From positions 1 to 51,478 of IMG/VR virus record IMGVR_UViG_3300008255_000167: DNA of 51,478 nucleotides, one strand, 5' to 3'. Below the pieces are notes generated by a model. That model searched no databases. It was given only the letters and a program-made list of their open reading frames with translations, and was not told where the DNA came from. Made by a program: the position numbers and the translations under genes. Every line of letters starts with the position of its first letter. The first letter of the stretch is position 1. Below are positions 10,429-17,998 of the stretch, one piece after another. The DNA comes from a virus (taxonomy: Duplodnaviria > Caudoviricetes).

Positions 10429-10877
10429 TGTTTTCCAGCTTCTTCGATGAGCTAGAGAAGATCGGGTTCACTCTCCAAGGCTACGACAACGTCCAGGGTC
10501 TCCGCATCGCCATCGAGAACAGGAAGGGATCTGTCCGCAAAGGCAAGGATGGGGACGGCAAGGAGTGGAGGACCAAGATGGTCCACCCGTACGGCTACTT
10601 GGTAGGGACTCGAGGTGCTGATGGAGATCCAGTCGATGCCTACGTTGGCCCAGACAAGGAAGCGCCTCACGCCTACGTGGTCCATCAGCGGGACAAGGAC
10701 ACGGGGGCCTACGATGAGGATAAGGTCATGCTTGGCTTTGCCTCGAAGCGGGAGGCCAAGGAAGCCTTCCTGAAGCACTACGACAGCCCCAAGTTCCTGG
10801 GACCCATCTCGAAGGTGGTGATAGACCGACTCCGAGAGCTCGTGGCCTCCAAGAAGAAACTGGTGAAAATCTCATGA
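10428..10877 (+). CDS. Inorganic pyrophosphatase-like (InPase) domain protein with FFDELEKIG leader
   Basis: IENRKGSVR...YGYLVGTRGADGDPVDAYVG...YDEDKVMLGF matches the PPase-fold InPase domain of phage/plasmid polyvalent proteins; TGATG overlap start. Confidence 0.8.
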   Translation: MFSSFFDELEKIGFTLQGYDNVQGLRIAIENRKGSVRKGKDGDGKEWRTKMVHPYGYLVGTRGADGDPVDAYVGPDKEAPHAYVVHQRDKDTGAYDEDKVMLGFASKREAKEAFLKHYDSPKFLGPISKVVIDRLRELVASKKKLVKIS

Positions 10878-11140
10878 CTTACGACTCCTTCTTCGATGAG
10901 CTCACCAAGATGGCCCAAGCCGCTGCCCCACAGGAAGGTGGAAGGGTCTCCAGATTCATCAGGAAAGCGGGCCCTGGCATCGGAGGAGCTGCTGGAGCCT
11001 TGGTCGGCGGGGTGTTGGGGGCCCGGCGCGGGAAGCTCCTACAGGGCACCATGGCGGGCCTGGGGACAGGGGCGACCTTGGGGTGGCTGCCTGGCATGGC
11101 GCATGGTGTCAAAGAGGGCGTGAAGGAGCTCCGTCGATGA
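10874..11140 (+). CDS. Glycine-zipper small protein with FFDELTKMA leader
   Basis: GIGGAAGALVGGVLG and GLGTGATLG GxxxG repeats; ATGA overlap. Confidence 0.65.
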   Translation: MTYDSFFDELTKMAQAAAPQEGGRVSRFIRKAGPGIGGAAGALVGGVLGARRGKLLQGTMAGLGTGATLGWLPGMAHGVKEGVKELRR

Positions 11141-11688
11141 GGTACCTATTGGCGGTTTCCGTCCCCATGTGGTTGGCCCTGGTTTCCGTCCCTGCTCGAG
11201 CAGAGCTCTGCGTTCAGCAGGACTACAGTAACCCAGCCAAGGCCCCTGACTTCGACTGTCCCGGGCCCGGGGAGTCGGCGCTCGTTCCTGTGCTCTCGAC
11301 CCGTCCGAGCCTTGGCGTGGTCAAGGGGACGGTCCTGACACCACCAGGGAAGAGAAGATTCACCCTGGACTACGATGGCGTCTTGATGGGCCGAAACAAG
11401 ACCATCGAGCTGGGGCTGAAGGTCAAGGCTGTCCGTCGTCTCCGATGGCTGGGGATGCACAAGGACGCTGCGGCCCTGAGTATCGAGAAGAAGTATCTGA
11501 CCAGCGTGTGGGAGGCCAAGGTAACTCTCCGAGACTCCCAGGTCGCCAGCTATAAGCAGCAGCTCGTCGATGCCCGCAAGCAGCGTGACTCTGCTCGAGC
11601 CTGGTACAGACGGTTCAGCACTGGCTTGATCGTAGGCATCGTTACTACCGCCGCTGCCGCTGTAGCCATCGCCATCGTTGCCAAGTAG
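11137..11688 (+). CDS. Secreted/membrane protein (signal peptide, coiled coil, C-terminal TM; spanin-like)
   Basis: Start reassigned to ATG 11137; MRYLLAVSVPMWLALVSVPARA signal peptide; C-terminal GLIVGIVTTAAAAVAIAIV. Confidence 0.5.
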   Translation: MRYLLAVSVPMWLALVSVPARAELCVQQDYSNPAKAPDFDCPGPGESALVPVLSTRPSLGVVKGTVLTPPGKRRFTLDYDGVLMGRNKTIELGLKVKAVRRLRWLGMHKDAAALSIEKKYLTSVWEAKVTLRDSQVASYKQQLVDARKQRDSARAWYRRFSTGLIVGIVTTAAAAVAIAIVAK

Positions 11689-11718
11689 CTAAAGAAAGAG
11701 CCCCTGAGTAGGGGGCTC
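11687..11718 (-). terminator. Intrinsic terminator with TTTAGCT tail
   Basis: GAGCCCC/GGGGCTC stem followed on the minus strand by TTTCTTTAGCT. Confidence 0.7.
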
Positions 11719-11734
11719 GATCTGTGAGCAACTG

Positions 11735-12118
11735 CTACCAGTAGTCGTGCTCGTATCTGCTAGAGTTTGCTCTGTTTTTGATCATGTCTATGATGAGCGG
11801 CTTGGCCGCTTCACCATTCCCCTCCATGATCAAAAACAGAGCCTCTTCTGGCCACGCCACATACTCGGCCATTGCGGACGAGATTCGTTTGGCGAGGTCG
11901 GGGTCCGTGTGTGGACCCCACCCATGCCTGGTAAAGTGCTCGATCGTTGCGTGAAGGATTCTCGGGTCCTTCGTGCTACGCAAGACGTCCAGTATGTCTC
12001 TGCGCAGCGATTTGTCCAATTCCATCTTAGGGAGGAGAAGAGGGAGGATGGTACGGACCAAGGCAAATATGACTGGGAAGTACATCGCCGCCAAGACCGT
12101 TTTCAGAAACTGGTTCAT
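11735..12118 (-). CDS. Hypothetical protein, stand-alone transcription unit
   Basis: AGGAG RBS; bounded by its own promoter motif and terminator. Confidence 0.7.
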   Translation of the reverse strand: MNQFLKTVLAAMYFPVIFALVRTILPLLLPKMELDKSLRRDILDVLRSTKDPRILHATIEHFTRHGWGPHTDPDLAKRISSAMAEYVAWPEEALFLIMEGNGEAAKPLIIDMIKNRANSSRYEHDYW

Positions 12119-12146
12119 GCTAGTTCTCCTGTTGGGGTTTATAATT

Positions 12147-12172
12147 CTTATGCCATAATTGATGATCGTTTT
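12147..12172 (-). promoter_or_regulatory. Putative phage-RNAP promoter
   Basis: Minus strand AAAAC-N13-GGCATAAG; same motif and spacing at three other leftward unit starts. Confidence 0.7.
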
Positions 12173-12181
12173 TTACTTGTG

Positions 12182-12221
12182 AGCTAAAAGAAAAAGGGCC
12201 ACCCAGGAGAGGGTGGCCCTT
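12182..12221 (-). terminator. Intrinsic terminator of the replication operon with TTTAGCT tail
   Basis: 11-bp stem AAGGGCCACCC/GGGTGGCCCTT followed on the minus strand by TTTCTTTTAGCT. Confidence 0.85.
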
Positions 12222-12223
12222 GA

Positions 12224-12445
12224 TCAACTGCGCCAGGAGGCGTCGTTGAGTAGGCGGGTTCGAGCCTCGGTGATGTTCCTGGCCATGTTCATGCTGACAC
12301 CGATCTCGTCCCCGAAAGACATGAGATCCTCCAACCCCATGTCGTAGAACTCTTGATCGGTCAGCGTGACACGCTTCTCACCATCCGGCCCGGTAGTGCC
12401 GCGACGATAGACGAGGATGTCTACTCGTCGCCCTCTTCGTTTCCC
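12224..12445 (-). other. -1 programmed frameshift signal and 71-codon extension frame
   Basis: In-frame G GGA AAC (12445-12439), 7-nt spacer, hairpin 12431-12401; the -1 frame is open to TGA at 12224, just before the terminator. Confidence 0.7.
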
Positions 12446-13062
12446 CGGGTGTCCTTGTCCAACGCTTCCATCTTGTCGTCGAAGTCCATGCCTTCGGGGG
12501 CATTGTCATCGGTCAAGATCTCCTCCGCCCGCATCCAGGTGGCCAGGTGGAGAAGGAGACCAGCGGTCTTGTAGTTCTCCACAGCGACCTCCGAGACGTC
12601 GTTGACGAGGCCGGTGCTGTTCGCCGTGTAGACGGCGCCGAGCTCGTCGATCTTCTCCTCGATGGACTGAACACGCTCGGACAGGGTGCCGAGGAGCTCC
12701 GTCAGAGCGTTGAGATCTAGCTCGACCTCTCCCGTCTCTTCATCGACCACGTCTTCCTTGGGCGGGGGCTTGGGGGACGCCTTGCCACGCTTCGCGGCGA
12801 GACGTCCCTTGCCGGACGTCTTCGGGGCCTCCTCTTGAACTTCCTCCTGGACCTCCTCCTGCTTCTTGGGGGCGGCCTTCTTGGAACGCTTGGCGGGCTT
12901 GCTTCCTCCCTCTTGATTCTCCACGACCCACTCTGCGAGAGAGTTGACGTCGAGGCGAGCACAGTCCTCGGAGGACAACCCGCGACCCTTGCAGATGCGG
13001 CGCAGGTTGAGGCGGTTCATCGCCTTGAGCTCTTCGAGTTCGTACGTTTGCTCTTCGGACAT
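12421..13062 (-). CDS. Hypothetical protein (small helical N-domain, Lys/Pro linker, acidic coiled coil)
   Basis: AGGAG RBS; last gene of the leftward operon. Confidence 0.8.
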   Translation of the reverse strand: MSEEQTYELEELKAMNRLNLRRICKGRGLSSEDCARLDVNSLAEWVVENQEGGSKPAKRSKKAAPKKQEEVQEEVQEEAPKTSGKGRLAAKRGKASPKPPPKEDVVDEETGEVELDLNALTELLGTLSERVQSIEEKIDELGAVYTANSTGLVNDVSEVAVENYKTAGLLLHLATWMRAEEILTDDNAPEGMDFDDKMEALDKDTRGNEEGDE

Positions 13063-13064
13063 GG

Positions 13065-13289
13065 TTATTTTCTCCTGAGTCTGCCAGAGGCAGATCGTTT
13101 AGGCGGGCCCTTTGTCAACATCTGCTCCAGTGCGGGTCGGCCCACCTTTTGGTACACTGAAGCTCTCGCGACTACGATAGGCTCTTGAGCGCGGCTGAAT
13201 GAACCGCACTTCTGTTGATCTGTCAACATCTCGATCGTGGCCACCTTGCACGTAGAAAGGTAGTCACAGCTCATGCAGCAATCCCTCAT
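13065..13289 (-). CDS. Small Cys-rich hypothetical protein
   Basis: CCxxCxxxxxC...C; ATGA overlap at 13289. Confidence 0.6.
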   Translation of the reverse strand: MRDCCMSCDYLSTCKVATIEMLTDQQKCGSFSRAQEPIVVARASVYQKVGRPALEQMLTKGPPKRSASGRLRRK

Positions 13290-13768
13290 AGCTTCTGTCC
13301 CAGGTCCTTCTGGTTGTTCAGCACGCACTCCAAAGCCTTCCCGTCAGGACACTCCCAGCAACAGGTGTTGCAGTCGAGTTGGCTCCAGAGGTAGCGGAAG
13401 TACTCCCAGATGAACAGGCCCAGTAGATTCCGTGAGTGATGAACAGGATTCTCTTTCAAGCTCGCTGGATCTAGCTCACCTCTGATCAACCTGATGACGT
13501 CCTTCCTGGACACACCTGGATGAAGCACACGCCACATAGCTGTCTCTTCCCTGCTGGTGGGGGCCATGTTGTGCGTGCATAGGGCTCGCAGTTCGGATTC
13601 GTTCAGGTCGTCCCAAGGGATGGACACAATCTCGTATGTCGCGGGCTCCCCCTTCTTCCTACGACCCTTCTTCTTCACGACACGGACGAGCTGGTAGAAC
13701 TCGTCCGTGTGCTCAGCTTCAGGCATCTCGTGGGCTTCAACCACTTCTACATTGTGTTCAGTCATCAT
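13286..13768 (-). CDS. Hypothetical protein with C-terminal Cys cluster
   Basis: CNTCCWECP...C; GGAGGA RBS. Confidence 0.7.
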   Translation of the reverse strand: MMTEHNVEVVEAHEMPEAEHTDEFYQLVRVVKKKGRRKKGEPATYEIVSIPWDDLNESELRALCTHNMAPTSREETAMWRVLHPGVSRKDVIRLIRGELDPASLKENPVHHSRNLLGLFIWEYFRYLWSQLDCNTCCWECPDGKALECVLNNQKDLGQKL

Positions 13769-14213
13769 CCTCCGCCATTTGTAGGAAGGTGATCTCTACC
13801 CGTGGGTTCTTCTCGTCTACGTCCTTGGTCAAGATGTGAACGAACGTAGCGCTGTCATCAACGCCGGTCGCTGCCTTCACAGCATCCTCTACCAACTTCA
13901 CGCGGTTCGAGATGTCCATCTTGATCCACTTGGTCTTGGCCTTCCGCTGTCCCTTCTTTGGACCCTTGACGTAGAACTCCCCCCACCCTTTGTTCACGAT
14001 GGACTCGAAGAAGAAGGCCAGCTCCAACCAGTACCGAGCGTTCTCATCGAACGCATCCTGGAATCCAAGCCCGGCCTCCCTGACGATCCTACCTATGGCC
14101 TTCTTCTTCCAAGAACGCGCCTCCGTTGTGAGACGACGACCCTTTCCTCGAACATTGAAGTAGATGTTGTTGGACGTGGGAGGAAGCTCCATGGAGATGA
14201 TGACCCTCCTCAC
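13758..14213 (-). CDS. rusA: RusA-family Holliday junction resolvase
   Basis: LPPTSNNIY, DISNRVKLVEDA, GVDDS and NPRVEI motifs. Confidence 0.85.
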   Translation of the reverse strand: MRRVIISMELPPTSNNIYFNVRGKGRRLTTEARSWKKKAIGRIVREAGLGFQDAFDENARYWLELAFFFESIVNKGWGEFYVKGPKKGQRKAKTKWIKMDISNRVKLVEDAVKAATGVDDSATFVHILTKDVDEKNPRVEITFLQMAEDDD

Positions 14214-14938
14214 CTCTTCACCTTTCGAGGCAAGGCCGGTCTCACAGGCTTGGGCTTGCTCTTCGTCGCCAGCGGCCCCTTCTTTGGTTGGGGCACAGGA
14301 CTATCCTGCATGTGCTCTCCGAACACTCTGCGGGCGCCGATGCTTCCAGCTCTTGCTCCCACTCGGATACCTTGCTCCTTCAAGCTGATGTTCCGAGAGA
14401 TGAGTCGGATGTCTGCCTCACAAGCATCCGCCACCTTGGCTAGCAGATTGTGCAGGCACTCCAACTCCAGGCACTCCCCATTCGCTGTGACGTACCGACG
14501 ATCTGTCTGCATGTGATCGTCCTTATCCTTGGTCGTCCCATCCTTTCCGATGCGTACTCGAGCCTTGATGAACCCGAGCTTCTCGGTCGCCACGTTGTAT
14601 CGGTTCTTGGTATCCGCTAGCTGCCCAACAACGTAGGCGAAGTACTCCTGTGCGATCCCGTACAGTTCCCCCAGCTCCCTGTCGGACAAGTCCTGAAGGT
14701 TGGGGGGCAGCCATGGTGTGCCATCCTCCGTCAGAAACATGGATGATCCTGGCTCACGCCGAGTCCTCGAAGGGAGCTTGATCCCTCGACGTATCATCTC
14801 GTCATGAGCCGAGTCAGCCACGTTGTAGCATTGCTCTCCTTCTTCCAGTGGCATGAACCAGGTGTCCGGGACTGGCCCGGCTTGGTTCACTGGTTTCACG
14901 CTGGTATCCGATCCTCTCTTGGGTACCCTTCGCTTCAT
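14210..14938 (-). CDS. Hypothetical coiled-coil protein (possible recombination mediator)
   Basis: Helical C-terminal half; lies in the recombination cluster; function is inferred from context only. Confidence 0.55.
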   Translation of the reverse strand: MKRRVPKRGSDTSVKPVNQAGPVPDTWFMPLEEGEQCYNVADSAHDEMIRRGIKLPSRTRREPGSSMFLTEDGTPWLPPNLQDLSDRELGELYGIAQEYFAYVVGQLADTKNRYNVATEKLGFIKARVRIGKDGTTKDKDDHMQTDRRYVTANGECLELECLHNLLAKVADACEADIRLISRNISLKEQGIRVGARAGSIGARRVFGEHMQDSPVPQPKKGPLATKSKPKPVRPALPRKVKR

Positions 14939-15777
14939 CGCACACCTCTCAGGGTGAAGCGGCTCTTGCCCTTCTTGACGTTCTTCTTGCCTGGTTTGGG
15001 CGGCTTACACACATGCTTGTAGCGGCACGTGTTGCAGTGGTATCCAGCCTCGCGCTCGGGAGGCTTCTCGTCTACAGCGCACTTCCGCACGTAGACGATC
15101 TTCTCCGCGATGGAATCCCAGATCTCCTGTTGGAAAGGAATCAAGAACTCCATCATCGTGGAGTCATTCTTGTTGTAGTAGACGATCGTCATAGCTGGCA
15201 GATCCAGGCACGCCATGTAGACGTGGGACTGGATCACGTTTTCAGGTGATGGTTTGTTGAGACCCTTGAATAGCTCCGCCTTCATCGTCTTGATCTCGAT
15301 GCCAAAGCGTAGATCTAGATTCGGGGTCTTCACCGAGTAGATGCCATCTGTGGTCGAGTCGATCTCGTACTGCGCTGCCACAGGCGAGGTGTCTTCGTTG
15401 AACGTAGCCTCGTCAACGAAGACATCTCCCAGCTCCTTGGCCAGCTTGCCCAGGTACCCTTGAAGCTGCCCGTGCACAGCGTGACCTGTGTCGAAGATAC
15501 GACGAAGACGTGGGTCTATTCGAGACTCCGGTGGCTCACCGATGTATCGGTAGTACAGCATCCGGGCGCACCCCATGGGATAGTTCCCACAAGGTGAGAT
15601 ACCTCCTTTTGATCCAAGCTCAGATGCGCTGAACACACAGAGCTTGCGGCCACTTGGTTTGAGGTTTATGTCTTCCAGATAGGCTTCCAGTCTGGAGATG
15701 ACCTGAACGTTACTGAGCGCTTCCTTCAGCTCGTCTGCTCCGGCGCTCTTGAGGTCCTCTATGCTTCTCAACTGCAT
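14935..15777 (-). CDS. Cas4-like PD-(D/E)XK exonuclease with Fe-S cysteines
   Basis: CARMLYY, GHAVH, TDG, IEIKT, QSHVYM and CNTCRYKHVC motifs. Confidence 0.85.
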   Translation of the reverse strand: MQLRSIEDLKSAGADELKEALSNVQVISRLEAYLEDINLKPSGRKLCVFSASELGSKGGISPCGNYPMGCARMLYYRYIGEPPESRIDPRLRRIFDTGHAVHGQLQGYLGKLAKELGDVFVDEATFNEDTSPVAAQYEIDSTTDGIYSVKTPNLDLRFGIEIKTMKAELFKGLNKPSPENVIQSHVYMACLDLPAMTIVYYNKNDSTMMEFLIPFQQEIWDSIAEKIVYVRKCAVDEKPPEREAGYHCNTCRYKHVCKPPKPGKKNVKKGKSRFTLRGVR

Positions 15778-16300
15778 CTTTTATCTCCAGGAAAAGTGAT
15801 AGTGGGATCACCGCCACGGACTGGCGTGCTTTTCGGTACTCTACGATCAGTGCTGGATTCTCATTCGCCTCGAGCGCTTGGTGAATGATCTTCGCCAAGT
15901 CGGACAAGGTGAGGTTGAACCCCTTGAGGGAGTCCGTGTACTTGTGCTCCACACGCCACTCTCCCATTCTCCTGATGTCCCCCTTGTAGCCGGACAGTCG
16001 GGTTCCACCAGAGGCCGGTTGAGTCACTCCTCCCATGTCATCCGCCAAGACTTGCTCGAGGTGCTGGGAAGTCTTGATGCGCTTTTGTGCAGCCTTCTTC
16101 CTCTCCGGGTCAGATTCCATCTCGAGATTCAAGTCGATCTCTATTCCATTCTCGATACAAATCGAGCAGAGGTGAGACTGACGAATCGCCTCCTCCTGGT
16201 AGAAGACGGTCAGCACGATGGTGTTCGTAACCTTGTGGCAAGAGTCACAGTGCTGACCGTACCCGGCGTCCGAGATCTCCAGGGACAACGGCAACTTCAC
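15710..16300 (-). CDS. PD-(D/E)XK Holliday-junction-resolvase-like nuclease with N-terminal Zn ribbon
   Basis: CDSC...CSIC; PASGG...KGDI...VEHKYT. Confidence 0.75.
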   Translation of the reverse strand: MKLPLSLEISDAGYGQHCDSCHKVTNTIVLTVFYQEEAIRQSHLCSICIENGIEIDLNLEMESDPERKKAAQKRIKTSQHLEQVLADDMGGVTQPASGGTRLSGYKGDIRRMGEWRVEHKYTDSLKGFNLTLSDLAKIIHQALEANENPALIVEYRKARQSVAVIPLSLFLEIKDAVEKHRGPQERRSRRAEGSAQ

Positions 16301-17673
16301 CTGAACCTCACGTGGCCAAGACCAGCAGCGATATAGAGCTGGTCTCGCAGTTCCACCATGAGCTCTGGGCTCTGTTCCATGAGCTGGAGCAAGGACTCCT
16401 TGCCGTGAACGCTGATAGCGTTTCCATCAGCATCCTCGATGGTGGGGATGGAGTACCTACCGGATCCCTCGCTCAAGATGACGTTGTAGATGAGGCACTG
16501 TGCGAGCAGGTCTCCCTGAACGTCTACCTCTAGTGGGTCGAAGTACAGAGTGAAGGCGCCGATCCTTCCTTCTCGTGCTCCTGCCTTGGCCTTGGCCACC
16601 TCCCAGTTTACCTCCTTTCCGATCTTGACCTTCTTGTCCCTGAGAGCCTGACCAGCATGTAGGCTTATCCGAATGTGGTTGAGATGCTGGAGGGCAAAGG
16701 CCCCATCCGACTTGTAGGCACGCCCGTACGACTTGCCACCGCTCAGGTTGAGCTTCGCTCTCGCTTGGCGGATGCAGTACAGCGTTGTTTCGTTCACCTC
16801 GGTGAAGGGGTCTAGACCGCTCCACTTGCAGTTTCCACAGATGTACTTGAAGTTCAGCGTCTTGGAGTTGATGACGTTCTTCTCCAGCGGGCTGTACCCA
16901 CACTCGGGACAGCGGAACGTCGGGTTGAAAGCGTCCAAGATCTGCTTGGACCAGCGGGTCTGCAACGAGGCCGGGGAGGCAACTTGCGGTGTCTCCCCCA
17001 ATGGAGTCGTCTCTTCCTGGAACGTCATCATGGCGTCCCACGAGTCGATGCCGATCATCTGGTAGGCGTTGGACTTGACAGCATCGACGATGCCACCAAG
17101 CACACCTTCAGAGGCTCCCTCGAAGATGTAGAACTTTCCAACGGTCGGGCAGTTCATGGCCTCCTTGATTTCTGCGGCGGTCAGAGGTTCTTCTCCTCTT
17201 CGTTTCCTCCCACGTTGGGTGACCTCGATGTCGTAATGACTCATCGCGATCTTGCACCCACACATCTGTGCGAAGTGCTTGTCGACGAAGGACTCGAAGC
17301 AAGCCATAGCGAGACAAGCGTCGTCACCATAGTGGTTCTGGAGCTGACCGAAGTATCGGTACATCAGGTAGTTCTTGCCCGTGCTTTCTGGGCCATCGAT
17401 CTGATGGACCTTCCCTGCTACAAGCCCGCCCCCAGCAGCAAGGTCTAGGCTCATGATGCCGCAGGGGCGGCGGAGATCTGAGGCATCCCAAGCCTCTTTC
17501 GCAGATCTCATGACGGGACCATTGTCCCCGAACTTCATGTTGATCTCTTGGACCAGTTGGTCCGTGTCCGGCTTGGGGAAGGACTTGGGCCGAGTTCCCG
17601 CTGATGAATCAGCCTTCCCCTTCCGAGGAGACGTCTTCCGAGCCGGTTTCTTGGCGGTGACCTTCTTAGCCAT
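16297..17673 (-). CDS. recA: RecA/UvsX-like recombinase with Zn-ribbon insertion
   Basis: SLDLAAGGG, Walker A GPESTGKN, IGIDSWDAM, IRQAR; CPECG...CGNC insert. Confidence 0.88.
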   Translation of the reverse strand: MAKKVTAKKPARKTSPRKGKADSSAGTRPKSFPKPDTDQLVQEINMKFGDNGPVMRSAKEAWDASDLRRPCGIMSLDLAAGGGLVAGKVHQIDGPESTGKNYLMYRYFGQLQNHYGDDACLAMACFESFVDKHFAQMCGCKIAMSHYDIEVTQRGRKRRGEEPLTAAEIKEAMNCPTVGKFYIFEGASEGVLGGIVDAVKSNAYQMIGIDSWDAMMTFQEETTPLGETPQVASPASLQTRWSKQILDAFNPTFRCPECGYSPLEKNVINSKTLNFKYICGNCKWSGLDPFTEVNETTLYCIRQARAKLNLSGGKSYGRAYKSDGAFALQHLNHIRISLHAGQALRDKKVKIGKEVNWEVAKAKAGAREGRIGAFTLYFDPLEVDVQGDLLAQCLIYNVILSEGSGRYSIPTIEDADGNAISVHGKESLLQLMEQSPELMVELRDQLYIAAGLGHVRFR

Positions 17674-17998
17674 TGGGCTTCTTCTCGAACGGCTCAGTCC
17701 CCTTGTCGGGATCCTTCGGCACGTTCACGTTCGGGTTGTCCTTGGAGGCGGTCTTCTCCCCGTCCTTCTTGGGAATGCTCTTGTCCTTGTCGATCTCCAC
17801 GGCGTACTTTTCCATCCCTTCCTTCTTTCTGGCGGTGTACCCGCCTACACGCTGAGCGGTGACCTTCACCACCTTGATTGGAGCTGTCATCTCCCAGGTC
17901 ACACCGGAGGGTGTCGTGATTGTCCACTTGTACCCATCGGTTTTGAGAGAGCAATCGGCGATCTCTAGTGCACCTTGCAGCAGTTCTTTGACGTTCAT
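17666..17998 (-). CDS. Hypothetical protein
   Basis: TGATG overlap with the polymerase stop gives start MNVKELL. Confidence 0.6.
   Translation of the reverse strand: MNVKELLQGALEIADCSLKTDGYKWTITTPSGVTWEMTAPIKVVKVTAQRVGGYTARKKEGMEKYAVEIDKDKSIPKKDGEKTASKDNPNVNVPKDPDKGTEPFEKKPNG

Noticed and set aside
10084-11140. Double-glycine bacteriocin leader peptides (ELxxI similarity)
   Set aside because: No GG/GA cleavage pair at the expected position, no peptidase-ABC transporter in the window, and one cargo is a globular enzyme
14935-15777. CRISPR-Cas locus suggested by the Cas4-like gene
   Set aside because: No cas1/cas2 and no repeat-spacer array seen; solo Cas4-like nucleases are common in phage recombination clusters
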